This document shows positions 1-8,379 of a stretch of 64,000 bases of DNA, piece after piece. The position numbers and the translations under genes were made by a program. The notes below the pieces were generated by a model. The model was not told the DNA's origin, searched no databases, and saw only the letters and a program-made list of their open reading frames with translations. The stretch's first letter is position 1. Every line of letters starts with the position of its first letter. The stretch comes from a virus (taxonomy: Duplodnaviria; Caudoviricetes), in IMG/VR virus record IMGVR_UViG_3300017780_003104, positions 32,001 to 96,000 of that record; one strand, written 5' to 3'.

Positions 1-353
1 TTGTCCGGTGGTATGTTCTCAAATTCTTCTAAAATTTTAAGATCCCAATCCGGGGTTTTGAATACCATATCATCTCCAATCATAGATATAATATCCTCTG
101 TGGAATTTTCAACTAAAATATTCCATAGTTTACCAAGCCCTAAAAACTCATTATTATTATCAATCTTTATAATATTTAAAGACGGAATCCCCTCTGATAT
201 TTTTATAATTTGAGATAATGTTGGATCATCTGCATCTACTCCATAATAGATATTCACATTGTTAATATCATTAACCGTGGATAAAATGGACATTAAGAGA
301 GTGATACTATTAGATAGTCGCTCTCTGGTCGGAACTAGGATTGCAATTTTCAT
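1..353 (-). CDS. GT-A fold (GT2-like) glycosyltransferase, partial (runs off the left edge); missing from the ORF track
   Basis: Manual translation from ATG at 353 (ATGA overlap with the stop of 350..1228): MKIAILVPTRER...YYGVDADD...LGKLWN...IISMIGDDMVF. N-terminal beta strand plus DxD-like GDD motif; frame stays open to the window edge. Confidence 0.8.
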   Translation of the reverse strand, partial: MKIAILVPTRERLSNSITLLMSILSTVNDINNVNIYYGVDADDPTLSQIIKISEGIPSLNIIKIDNNNEFLGLGKLWNILVENSTEDIISMIGDDMVFKTPDWDLKILEEFENIPPD

Positions 354-1228
354 GGTTTGAGTTGTTTAATAATTTTTAAGGCTTCTTCTTCACTGACAAA
401 TGGTGGTTGATTAGGATAATGTCCGTGTTTATTTTTATAAATTTCTCTACCACCCATGACATTTTTGGTCCATTGTTCGGTATCTTCAGCTATAACGGAT
501 TGTGTAATTGCGTTTTCTTGTTCCTCCACAAGATCAAGACTATTATGTAGGTCTGCAAAATACCAAAATGGTGGGTGCATACCAGCTTTTATAATTTCAT
601 AAGTGTGATCAACATGTTCCCACGCATTGAGATAATTCTCGTCTATTAACCCAACAGTTTCTAAAGATTTCCTACTGTAATATGAAAACATGGCTACTGT
701 GTGTTCGTATAGATCGATTTTAATATCACCATAATCGATAGTCAATCTCGGATTGGGTTCACTTTTTTGATCGAGTAGATGTCTATTATGTAGATCGAAT
801 TGGATATCTTGTTTTCGATTGAATGGTGATCCGGGACCATAATTAAAATGTTGAATGCCTGATACTTTAGATGCTTCAATATATTTCTCAAATACCCGAT
901 CATCCTTAATATACATATCATCCTCAATTAAGAAGATATGATCACAACCATCACTTAAAAGTTTCTCTAGGCAAATATTTTTACATTTTCCAACCCCATA
1001 ATTAATATTATTAACTGTTGCGTCTATGTCACCACTCCACTCTAGTAAATATTTCTTGATATAAGATCGAGTATTTATCCCCACATCCCCACAGTCAACT
1101 TTACTATCCTCTGTGATGTACAGCTTATCTATTATATCACACTTCTTCAGGGAAGAAAATAACTTACTGAATGAGTCTTCTCTTGAGCATGTGATAATCC
1201 CGACTCCTATTTTTTCACCATTAATCAT
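350..1228 (-). CDS. GT-A fold (GT2-like) glycosyltransferase
   Basis: IGVGIITCSR start, GVGKCKN, HIFLIEDD (DxD-like) and VGLIDENY..AWEHVDH motifs. Confidence 0.8.
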   Translation of the reverse strand: MINGEKIGVGIITCSREDSFSKLFSSLKKCDIIDKLYITEDSKVDCGDVGINTRSYIKKYLLEWSGDIDATVNNINYGVGKCKNICLEKLLSDGCDHIFLIEDDMYIKDDRVFEKYIEASKVSGIQHFNYGPGSPFNRKQDIQFDLHNRHLLDQKSEPNPRLTIDYGDIKIDLYEHTVAMFSYYSRKSLETVGLIDENYLNAWEHVDHTYEIIKAGMHPPFWYFADLHNSLDLVEEQENAITQSVIAEDTEQWTKNVMGGREIYKNKHGHYPNQPPFVSEEEALKIIKQLKP

Positions 1229-1953
1229 TTTTTAAATTCGCTAATAATTTTATTAATTCTATCCTCATTTACAGTCTCTCTTTCCTGATCTTTTACCATC
1301 TGTTCAAGAACTTCTAAATTATTCGGATCTAATAGGCTATCCCCTTCAATTAGATCACCTTTATGGTCTATAAACTCACTAATAAACATCAATCTATCAT
1401 CAATAGAGGCAAAATGTTCATCGATACAAACTATTGCAGGACAATCATCGGATGGAAAAAATACATCCTGTTCCAAATTTTCCATATATTGGTCAAATAG
1501 TCCTTGAAAAACCTCATCAACCTGCTTAATATATTGAAGATCGGTATCTCTCATATTATCATTTACTATCTTTATAGCTGGGTTATACTTCAACCAAAAT
1601 ATAATATCCAAATCTCTCATCGACTCCTTGACAAAGGAAATTGTTGCTGCGGCAGTTTCATTTCCTATCTTCCCAAGAGCATTACCATGTAATGTATATG
1701 CTAAATTGTCTAAGGGGCATCTGTCATAGACGACCTTCGAATCTTTAGGATATTTTAACTGCTCCTCCATCATCCAATTCAATATTAACAACTGTGTTTC
1801 GTCGGAGGTGTTAGAAGAATGGGCTAAATTATTTTCCGTAATTACATCTCGATATGTTTTTTTAGGTGTTACATACATTGGCCAACGATTTAAGAAGGCA
1901 TTTAGTAATGTTGATTTTCCTTGCCCTGCGGTTCCACTTATAGCTATTCTCAT
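1225..1953 (-). CDS. P-loop nucleoside/nucleotide kinase (AAA_28 / dNMP-kinase-like)
   Basis: N-terminal Walker A ISGTAGQGKST and the VVYDRCPLD motif typical of NMP/deoxynucleoside kinases. Confidence 0.7.
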   Translation of the reverse strand: MRIAISGTAGQGKSTLLNAFLNRWPMYVTPKKTYRDVITENNLAHSSNTSDETQLLILNWMMEEQLKYPKDSKVVYDRCPLDNLAYTLHGNALGKIGNETAAATISFVKESMRDLDIIFWLKYNPAIKIVNDNMRDTDLQYIKQVDEVFQGLFDQYMENLEQDVFFPSDDCPAIVCIDEHFASIDDRLMFISEFIDHKGDLIEGDSLLDPNNLEVLEQMVKDQERETVNEDRINKIISEFKK

Positions 1954-2020
1954 ATTAGTATCAATTTACCATCATTTATTAGAATGTCAATCTCATATCG
2001 TTTCGACTCACACCACTTTC

Positions 2021-2527
2021 TTACATATTCTCTAATTTTTCAATATTCTTAATAAATCGTTTGGAGTAAATAAAATGCTTATACTCTGAATCTTCTTTAA
2101 TTTTAAAGAAGTATTTAACTTGATCATCAGATGGGCATTTTACCCACATCAGATCTACACTTGTGTCGTGTATCCTGTTTGACACGTAGTATTCTTTCAA
2201 AAAGTCGTTTAATTTAGATTCTATAACATCATCGGATAGTAATTGATCAAAATCTTTTCTCGTTCGTTTATATAAAATCTGAATTTGTGAGTATGAACTA
2301 TCTAACAAAAGATCAGCACTGGAAAAATCATTTGAGTATACCCAAATTGCACCATTACCCCTTTCTTTGTTTAAAGATCTTATAACAGACGCGAGACTAG
2401 ACGCTATCTCATCTCTAGTTCTTCTAGAGAATGGGGAGTTTAACCCTATATGTCCTCGAATTCTTAATGTGTATAAATCTGACCATTCTATTTTAGATAG
2501 TCTGTAGTATTCAGGTGAGTATCTCAT
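2021..2527 (-). CDS. hypothetical protein
   Basis: 168-aa ORF collinear with neighbours; no recognisable motif. Confidence 0.6.
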   Translation of the reverse strand: MRYSPEYYRLSKIEWSDLYTLRIRGHIGLNSPFSRRTRDEIASSLASVIRSLNKERGNGAIWVYSNDFSSADLLLDSSYSQIQILYKRTRKDFDQLLSDDVIESKLNDFLKEYYVSNRIHDTSVDLMWVKCPSDDQVKYFFKIKEDSEYKHFIYSKRFIKNIEKLENM

Positions 2528-2536
2528 TATTTTATG

Positions 2537-2571
2537 AAGTCCTTAAAGATTTGATAGATCTTTAAGGACTT
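2537..2571. terminator. 14-bp perfect hairpin (AAGTCCTTAAAGAT / ATCTTTAAGGACTT); T-tract on the + strand only
   Basis: Inverted repeat 2537-2550 / 2558-2571 with 7-nt loop, in the gap between two minus-strand genes. Confidence 0.5.
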
Positions 2572-2575
2572 TTGG

Positions 2576-3325
2576 TTAGAATGGTGTATTCTTGATGAAG
2601 TTTGAAATATCGTCTAACTTTTCTTCCATATCTAATCTTTCGTCATATAAGAAGAATATGTCACCATTTAGATCCCTTAGAGATCTATAATTTGTAGTGA
2701 ATATATTTTGATTTATGGTGGATTTCGGATAAATGAATCTCCAATCTGAGATCGAATCTTTAGATATCCACAACTCTAACAACGTGTCTATAACATCTCT
2801 AAAATCTTTAAATGGGACTAAATGTGACATAGTATCCCAATCTTCATTTTCTGGATTTATTAAATCCTTTCGAAAGACATCAAATTCTTTTAGAGTTATA
2901 TCATACTTTAAATAAAACACATACACTTTATATTTCACACATATATGTGTTTTATCATATTTTGAATGGAAGAATGATCCATCTTCCGAATCCAAGACAT
3001 CTCTCATAGAAATTGGAGTAACATTAAAATACTCATTCCAAACTCTAACTTGTTTACTTAGATCATCTATAGAACGGTCTAGTGTTTCACCAACACCTGT
3101 AAATTGGGCAAATGTCCCACTCTTACAACGCATCAATGTTAGTTCACTAAACCAATCATCTCTATAACTATCGAAGCCTATTAATATTTGATCATATCCC
3201 ATATTATCGGGATCATTCGTGAACCTTTCCCATTCTAATACTGGGAAATCCACTAATACTTCTTTAGTTTGTGTGAGTGCATAGGCATCTCGTTCCATCG
3301 CTGTTTGTTTTTTAGTTTCAAACAT
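2576..3325 (-). CDS. hypothetical protein (start revised to ATG 3325, MFETKKQ)
   Basis: Long ORF; the track's TTG at 3337 lies inside the -10 box, and ATG 3325 lies 8 nt downstream of it. Confidence 0.6.
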   Translation of the reverse strand: MFETKKQTAMERDAYALTQTKEVLVDFPVLEWERFTNDPDNMGYDQILIGFDSYRDDWFSELTLMRCKSGTFAQFTGVGETLDRSIDDLSKQVRVWNEYFNVTPISMRDVLDSEDGSFFHSKYDKTHICVKYKVYVFYLKYDITLKEFDVFRKDLINPENEDWDTMSHLVPFKDFRDVIDTLLELWISKDSISDWRFIYPKSTINQNIFTTNYRSLRDLNGDIFFLYDERLDMEEKLDDISNFIKNTPF

Positions 3326-3333
3326 ACATAGAT

Positions 3334-3361
3334 ACAATAACAGAAAAAATCGTCATGTCAA
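3334..3361 (-). promoter_or_regulatory. sigma70-type early promoter TTGACA-N16-TATTGT with TGn extension
   Basis: tgtcaa at 3356-3361 and acaata at 3334-3339 on +; same architecture as four other promoters in the window. Confidence 0.65.
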
Positions 3362-3389
3362 CCATTTTATTTTTAATTTGTCAATTGAT

Positions 3390-3395
3390 TAAATA
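3390..3395 (+). promoter_or_regulatory. gp55-type late promoter TAAATA upstream of phoH
   Basis: TAAATA 7 nt before ATG 3403; T4 late consensus is TATAAATA. Confidence 0.55.
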
Positions 3396-3402
3396 ATATC
3401 GA

Positions 3403-4140
3403 ATGACAGCAAAACGCGCACCTCGAAAGAGGAAAGAGTCGGATATCACGGATCAATTCAAAACTGAATATAAGAAAAACTTTGATTGTTCAAATATTAC
3501 AATAAAAAAACAATTACCCTTAACTGACAATCAGACAGCATTCTATTATCTATCTCAAGATGATAAAACTAATATGATATTTCTCGATGGACCTGCTGGA
3601 TCAGCAAAGTCATATATTGCAGTATACTCGGCGTTAGAATTATTAAAGGAGCGCAAAGTTGATAAAATCATCTACATTAGAACTGTTATTGAAAGTGCTT
3701 CACGTTCGATGGGATACCTTAAAGGTGATGAAAATGAAAAATTTGCAGCCTATGCAATGGTATTAAATGAAAAATGTTTAGAGACTATAGATAAGCAAAC
3801 ATATACTTCATTAACTGAGCAAGAATATATAAAAGCAATACCAGTTAATTTCGCAAGAGGTCTAACTTTCAATAATAGTTTAGTTATATTTGATGAAGCT
3901 CAAAATGCTACACGATCAGAATTAACTACTATATTAACTAGATTTGGAAGAAATACCAGATATCTAATTCTTGGAGATGCTAAACAAACAGATATCAAGG
4001 ATTCTGGATTTATGGATGTGTTAAACAAGTTCGACACAGAGTTCTCTAGGAAGAATAATATTCACTGTATACAATTCGACACCAGTGATATAGTTAGATC
4101 ACCGATATTGAAACATATCACTCAGGTTCTGGGCGTGTAA
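3403..4140 (+). CDS. phoH: PhoH-like ATPase
   Basis: LTDNQ, FLDGPAGSAKS (variant Walker A), IIYIRTVIE, RGLTFNNSLVIFDEAQN, LILGDAKQTD, DIVRSPIL. Confidence 0.9.
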   Translation: MTAKRAPRKRKESDITDQFKTEYKKNFDCSNITIKKQLPLTDNQTAFYYLSQDDKTNMIFLDGPAGSAKSYIAVYSALELLKERKVDKIIYIRTVIESASRSMGYLKGDENEKFAAYAMVLNEKCLETIDKQTYTSLTEQEYIKAIPVNFARGLTFNNSLVIFDEAQNATRSELTTILTRFGRNTRYLILGDAKQTDIKDSGFMDVLNKFDTEFSRKNNIHCIQFDTSDIVRSPILKHITQVLGV

Positions 4141-4142
4141 TC

Positions 4143-4421
4143 TTAGTTAAACCCTTGTTTCTTCCCATCCCATGAGGTTCCACCAAATGGGTCGAATGGA
4201 TGACCGTCTCTAGAATTGTCAAGAGGGGCGGCATTAGACGCAACATGAGTAGTTTCATTTGGGTTTTCACCGTTTTGTAAAGATTCAACACATTCTGTAG
4301 CTTTTTCCTCTGTATTCTTGATACAAATACGTTCGCCATCTGATGCTAGAAACTGTTCTCCAAATTTTACGGTATCGATTGTAAAATTTTCATCATTATT
4401 TGCTACTATTTCTATATTCAT
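4143..4421 (-). CDS. hypothetical protein
   Basis: 92-aa ORF filling the gap, convergent with phoH. Confidence 0.5.
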   Translation of the reverse strand: MNIEIVANNDENFTIDTVKFGEQFLASDGERICIKNTEEKATECVESLQNGENPNETTHVASNAAPLDNSRDGHPFDPFGGTSWDGKKQGFN

Positions 4422-4460
4422 AGAAACTCATAATCTCACAGAAATCATATATGTCAAGAG

Positions 4461-4949
4461 TTATTTCTTGACGGTTTTATATGGGATGGATCTAGTCCGA
4501 TTCATCCTAGTTGTCTCTTGGGCCGATGTGGTGATTATTTTGAAATTACCATTTTGATCGAAGAGAAAGCTTAATTTTTTAATGTCTGGTATTGGGTTCC
4601 CCTTTTTATCCTGACCAATTATTCGATAACCAACAGCGACTTTATTTTTACCGGAATCAATAATTCTAACATTAGGATCTATTAAATACCCAGAATCTAG
4701 TAAAATATCTCCATACTCCTTCATCAATCCTCCATACCCAACATCCCATCCTTTTCTAGCTGCTCCAGCTATGTCACGAATTCCAGCTTCAAAACTATGT
4801 AATGGTTGTGTGACCTCTGGCGCAACATAATCCAAGGCTCTTGCGGTTCCTTTAACCGCAGCACCAGCAATCCCACCAATGGCTTTAAACGGGGCTTTAA
4901 ATGCGCCCCAAAAACCTTCATCTAGTAATCTCTTTTGCGGGAATCTCAT
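4461..4949 (-). CDS. hypothetical protein, probable internal virion protein
   Basis: Short N-terminal segment ending LLDE, followed by an amphipathic Gly/Ala/Lys helix (GFWGAFKAPFKAIGGIAGAAVKG). Confidence 0.55.
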   Translation of the reverse strand: MRFPQKRLLDEGFWGAFKAPFKAIGGIAGAAVKGTARALDYVAPEVTQPLHSFEAGIRDIAGAARKGWDVGYGGLMKEYGDILLDSGYLIDPNVRIIDSGKNKVAVGYRIIGQDKKGNPIPDIKKLSFLFDQNGNFKIITTSAQETTRMNRTRSIPYKTVKK

Positions 4950-5386
4950 ATATTTACCTCTATATTTTGTTTAGCTACATCAGAAAGACCCACATCAATC
5001 AAAGCGTCTAATTCGTTTTGAATGAAATTCTTACCAATTAATACTTTGTGTGAGTTTTCAGTTCTATTTCCGATAGAAAATGGAATCTGGCGAAATATTT
5101 TATCTCCCATTTTAACATTTAGAAGAACTACTGGTCGATCCTCTTTATTCCCAGCACCTAGATTGATCGTGATATGATCAGAAATAGGTCTTTCCAATAC
5201 AACACCATTCTCTGTAGTGAATCGAACCATATCACCATCTTGTTGTATATCAATTCCATGTAATACATTAAATGCGCCATTACCTGTATCTAATTTAGCA
5301 CGTATTTGACCGACTCCATCAATATAGATGGTTTCTTCCAACCCCAATACGGTTTTTTCTACGAAATATTGTTTGAAACTTCTCAT
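4946..5386 (-). CDS. retropepsin-like aspartic protease (RimK-associated putative 'ATP-dependent Zn protease' family)
   Basis: AKLDTGNG catalytic DTG motif, EDRPVV, FSIGNR and VLIGKNF; N-terminus MRSFKQYFVE. Confidence 0.75.
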   Translation of the reverse strand: MRSFKQYFVEKTVLGLEETIYIDGVGQIRAKLDTGNGAFNVLHGIDIQQDGDMVRFTTENGVVLERPISDHITINLGAGNKEDRPVVLLNVKMGDKIFRQIPFSIGNRTENSHKVLIGKNFIQNELDALIDVGLSDVAKQNIEVNI

Positions 5387-5393
5387 TCATTTA

Positions 5394-5765
5394 TTACCAA
5401 CCATCGGGTTCATCATTATCTCGTCTAGCCTCTGCCCAATCAGACTTAATAATTTCTTCATCTGCAAGTCTAAGATTATCTGGATTAGGAGTTATTGCAG
5501 AATTGAGAGAAACATAGCGAGAGAAAATTCGATTTTTCAATCCCAATATAAATCTTAAAAATTTATCAGAATTTTGATGTATATCAACTTCAGTTAATCC
5601 TCTTTGGCCCATTTTACGAAGAAGTTCTGAATCAGTTGCCACGATTTCAGCTAATTCTTCATATGAGACAATATTATTTTCATCATTATAAGCATCCTCT
5701 GGTGAGGTATAACTTTCCCACATCAATTCATACTCCTCACTTTTTGTTAAAAATTTCTTACTCAT
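5394..5765 (-). CDS. hypothetical protein, probable virion protein
   Basis: ORF in a tightly packed minus-strand cluster; N-terminal LMWES shared with the neighbour's LMWER. Confidence 0.55.
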   Translation of the reverse strand: MSKKFLTKSEEYELMWESYTSPEDAYNDENNIVSYEELAEIVATDSELLRKMGQRGLTEVDIHQNSDKFLRFILGLKNRIFSRYVSLNSAITPNPDNLRLADEEIIKSDWAEARRDNDEPDGW

Positions 5766-5767
5766 AA

Positions 5768-6169
5768 TTATAGATCGATGTTATCGGATTGTTCAAATCC
5801 AGTATTAGCAAAATCTGCTTCGGCATCGAGTCTGTGCCAAATATCAGAAACGTAATCAGATGCTTTAATGAGTTTTGCTTGCATCCATGGTTCCAATTCT
5901 TTTTCTTTTGCTAGTCCCAAAATCCTTTTAGAATATTCTGCAAGTTTCTTAATATCTGAATAAATTACTTCATTACAACACTCTTCAGTTTCAAGTTCAA
6001 CAGATGGTTGTAATTCCATAATTGATACGGATTCATCCTCATCACCAAAACCCAATGATGGGTCTTCTGTGGTTAGATCCATTTCTTGATCTTCTGATGT
6101 TTGTGTTGCGGTATACGGATCTACATAACGTTCCCACATTAATTGATTATCTCTGCTTTTAAATCTCAT
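5768..6169 (-). CDS. hypothetical acidic protein, probable virion protein
   Basis: TAAATA (6175-6180) 5 nt upstream of ATG; C-terminal LEPWMQAKLIKASDYVS helix. Confidence 0.6.
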   Translation of the reverse strand: MRFKSRDNQLMWERYVDPYTATQTSEDQEMDLTTEDPSLGFGDEDESVSIMELQPSVELETEECCNEVIYSDIKKLAEYSKRILGLAKEKELEPWMQAKLIKASDYVSDIWHRLDAEADFANTGFEQSDNIDL

Positions 6170-6181
6170 AATAGTATTTAA

Positions 6182-6538
6182 TTAAATTTTATCTAAATCT
6201 GATTTAATATCACCAGCTTGGGTTTCAGGGCTTATTATCGATAATACCAATGGTAGAATTTCCTCTCTGGCATTGGTGTATCGTTTCATTTGAATTACAT
6301 TTTGCAGATTTAGCAATGTTCTAGCTTCCTCAACTGAGGGTTTAAATAGTGCTGCATCAACTAAGCTTGAAATGTATTCATCTTCACCCTGAGAAGTTAA
6401 GGGAGCTTCTTCCGGTGGTGCTTCTGGTTGTTGCATACTAGGATCGCTTATGTCTGGTTGTTGCATATTAGGATCTTCATCCTGTTCAGTTAAAATGCGA
6501 TTATATCTACTAATGAGTTGTAATGTTTTAGATTTCAT
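6182..6538 (-). CDS. hypothetical protein, probable virion protein
   Basis: YNRILTEQDE N-terminal motif followed by an acidic, Pro-rich linker. Confidence 0.55.
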   Translation of the reverse strand: MKSKTLQLISRYNRILTEQDEDPNMQQPDISDPSMQQPEAPPEEAPLTSQGEDEYISSLVDAALFKPSVEEARTLLNLQNVIQMKRYTNAREEILPLVLSIISPETQAGDIKSDLDKI

Positions 6539-6984
6539 TAATATGTTCTTCCCATGGTTGAGCTTTTGACTGCTTGTAATCCTTTTTCAATTCTCTGAGT
6601 TCCTTTATCGTAAGCATCCACGGCTTTTTTTGCAACATTTTGTCGTCTCGTTACAGCCTGTTTAGCTTTTTGTGCTGATGTTTTCCAAGGAGACATCTTA
6701 GCACCGAGTCCAACTAAACCTCTAGCAGCCTTATCTCCCAGTTTTTCAACTTCTTGATCTACTTCATATGTTCCGGTTCCAGCATTAATACTTTCAACAT
6801 CTTCATCTGTATTTGAAATGTTGACAGCAATTGTATCAGTTCCGGTGTCGATATATAACATATCAGTTCCACGAATCAATGATACATTAACTCCTTTAGA
6901 TTTAAGGAAATCAATCAATTTCCATTTAGGATCTTCGGTGTTTTGTGGATCGAATTGTTCTATAATATTTAGAAACTTACTCAT
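6538..6984 (-). CDS. hypothetical protein, probable virion protein (start revised to 6984)
   Basis: TAAATA (6991-6996) 6 nt upstream of ATG 6984; begins MSKFLNIIEQ. Confidence 0.55.
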   Translation of the reverse strand: MSKFLNIIEQFDPQNTEDPKWKLIDFLKSKGVNVSLIRGTDMLYIDTGTDTIAVNISNTDEDVESINAGTGTYEVDQEVEKLGDKAARGLVGLGAKMSPWKTSAQKAKQAVTRRQNVAKKAVDAYDKGTQRIEKGLQAVKSSTMGRTY

Positions 6985-6993
6985 ATTCATTAT

Positions 6994-7488
6994 TTAACAC
7001 ATAATAGCCATTTTATTCGCTATATCTTGGAAATATGAGTCTGATAAATTGGTAAATCCTTCCTTCATGAGATACTTCTTGATATGACGAAATGATTTCG
7101 GTTTATTTTCTTTATGGAGAAACAGCTCAAAATTGTCAATAATTGAAGAATCCCTATTTACCAACATTTTAAGAAATTGTTGTATGTTGGTGTATCCAAC
7201 CCAAATTTTAAATCCGAATATTCTTATTATTTTTTTGATAATGGATCTATGTAAATCACATAGGGTAAAATCATTTATATAAAAGATTAATTTATTACCA
7301 TATATTCCCACACGTTCACATAGTTTTTTAATAAAAAAATGTGTATATATAGTTTTTTGGTCTTTATTTGATAAATCAATTTCAAGTCCAAGAACTTTAC
7401 AATGATTGTAGAATTCCTCGTTGGTCGATCTAAACATTGGGTCTAAATCCTCAAAGATGTAATTATTATATTGGGATATCGAAATCAT
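6994..7488 (-). CDS. hypothetical protein
   Basis: 164-aa ORF with a 4-nt overlap to the upstream GIY-YIG gene. Confidence 0.55.
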   Translation of the reverse strand: MISISQYNNYIFEDLDPMFRSTNEEFYNHCKVLGLEIDLSNKDQKTIYTHFFIKKLCERVGIYGNKLIFYINDFTLCDLHRSIIKKIIRIFGFKIWVGYTNIQQFLKMLVNRDSSIIDNFELFLHKENKPKSFRHIKKYLMKEGFTNLSDSYFQDIANKMAIMC

Positions 7489-7931
7489 AGATTCAGCATA
7501 TCAAGAGTTCTGGGCTTGTCAACGTATCCTTTGGGAACTATCGCAATCCTACAATTTAAAATCCCATTGTAAGACTTTTCATCCATTAAAGCATTGGATA
7601 GTATCTGCCAGCAAAGCTCTGAATATGTCATATGAAATTTAGAATCGCATAGCTCTATAACTTCTCGACTAAAATGGTCAATACCATATTTTTCAATGTC
7701 TGATAATAACTCTTTTGAAGACCCCCAATACTTCATAACATCATTATCTTTGAATTGTATCCTATTTCTGGTCTTACCTTTCAATGGTTTTTTCTTTACA
7801 CGTTTCTGGCATTGTTTTTTACCGATGTAATATTTTTTAATAGAATCTGGATGATTATTTTTGATGATGTAGACAAATCCAAAAATATCTCCGTAATCGT
7901 CTGGTAGGTTTTTCCAAGGTTTTTGTTCCAT
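7485..7931 (-). CDS. GIY-YIG family endonuclease (Seg-like, catalytic domain only)
   Basis: GFVYIIKN...KYYIGKK, YWGSS, FSREVIELC, E...YNG motifs. Confidence 0.75.
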   Translation of the reverse strand: MEQKPWKNLPDDYGDIFGFVYIIKNNHPDSIKKYYIGKKQCQKRVKKKPLKGKTRNRIQFKDNDVMKYWGSSKELLSDIEKYGIDHFSREVIELCDSKFHMTYSELCWQILSNALMDEKSYNGILNCRIAIVPKGYVDKPRTLDMLNL

Positions 7932-8010
7932 TTTTCGCTATTGTTATTGTTAATTATAATTTACTATTACTTACTCTACTTATTTTTTTATTTTATTTTC
8001 AATTTACCTA

Positions 8011-8037
8011 TTGACTTCCATATATGTCATGTATAAT
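8011..8037 (+). promoter_or_regulatory. sigma70-like promoter TTGACT-N15-TATAAT pointing into non-coding repeats
   Basis: Near-consensus boxes with a short spacer; no ORF downstream. Confidence 0.45.
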
Positions 8038-8065
8038 TAAGGGGTGGTGGGCGGGCTAGGTAATA

Positions 8066-8179
8066 TTATATTAGTATAGTAATTATATTAGTATAGTAAT
8101 TATATTAGTATAGTAATTATAGTAATTATAGTAATTATAGTAATTATAGTAATTATAGTAATTATAGTAATTATAGTAA
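8066..8179. repeat. tandem repeats: 3 x TTATATTAGTATAGTAA then 7 x TTATAGTAA
   Basis: Counted directly: 17-mers at 8066, 8083, 8100; 9-mers from 8117 to 8179. Confidence 0.95.
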
Positions 8180-8379
8180 TTGATAAAAACAATAGACGCT
8201 CGCTTCGCTCGGTCCAAAACTGCGTTTTGATTTTTTGTTATTTAAATTTGTTATTGTTATTATATAATAATTATAATTAATACTAATAATTAAATATTAA
8301 TGTACAATAAAGAATAAAGAAATTGTTTTAGTTAACAATAACAATTCTATTAGGTTTTTATAACAAGTTATTATAACAA

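Larger units (their letters stand above)
7932..8379. other. origin-like non-coding region
   Basis: The only large intergenic gap (~450 bp); very AT-rich, contains tandem repeats, a promoter, a G-run and 12-mer repeats; lies near the switch from the minus-strand block to the plus-strand replication operon. Confidence 0.45.

Noticed and set aside
1-213. Track ORF 1..213 (+)
   Set aside because: Antisense shadow of the minus-strand GT that starts at 353 and has clear motifs.
3403-4140. PhoH Walker A variant (GPAGSAKS) as a sign of inactivation
   Set aside because: The catalytic Lys-Ser and all other PhoH motifs are intact, and substitutions at this Gly are not enough to infer loss of function.
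4430-4457. TTGACA-N16-GATTAT upstream of 4143..4421, and TTGACA at 14425 upstream of the GT-B gene
   Set aside because: The -10 boxes at N16 (GATTAT, TAATTA) do not fit TAnnnT, so they were not listed as promoters, though they may be weak ones.
8066-8179. Possible CRISPR array (also considered 33971..34090)
   Set aside because: Repeats are directly tandem with no unique spacers, and no cas genes are present.
7932-8379. tRNA or other known structured RNA gene in the large intergenic region
   Set aside because: No cloverleaf, T-loop or CCA pattern; the sequence is mostly low-complexity AT repeats.
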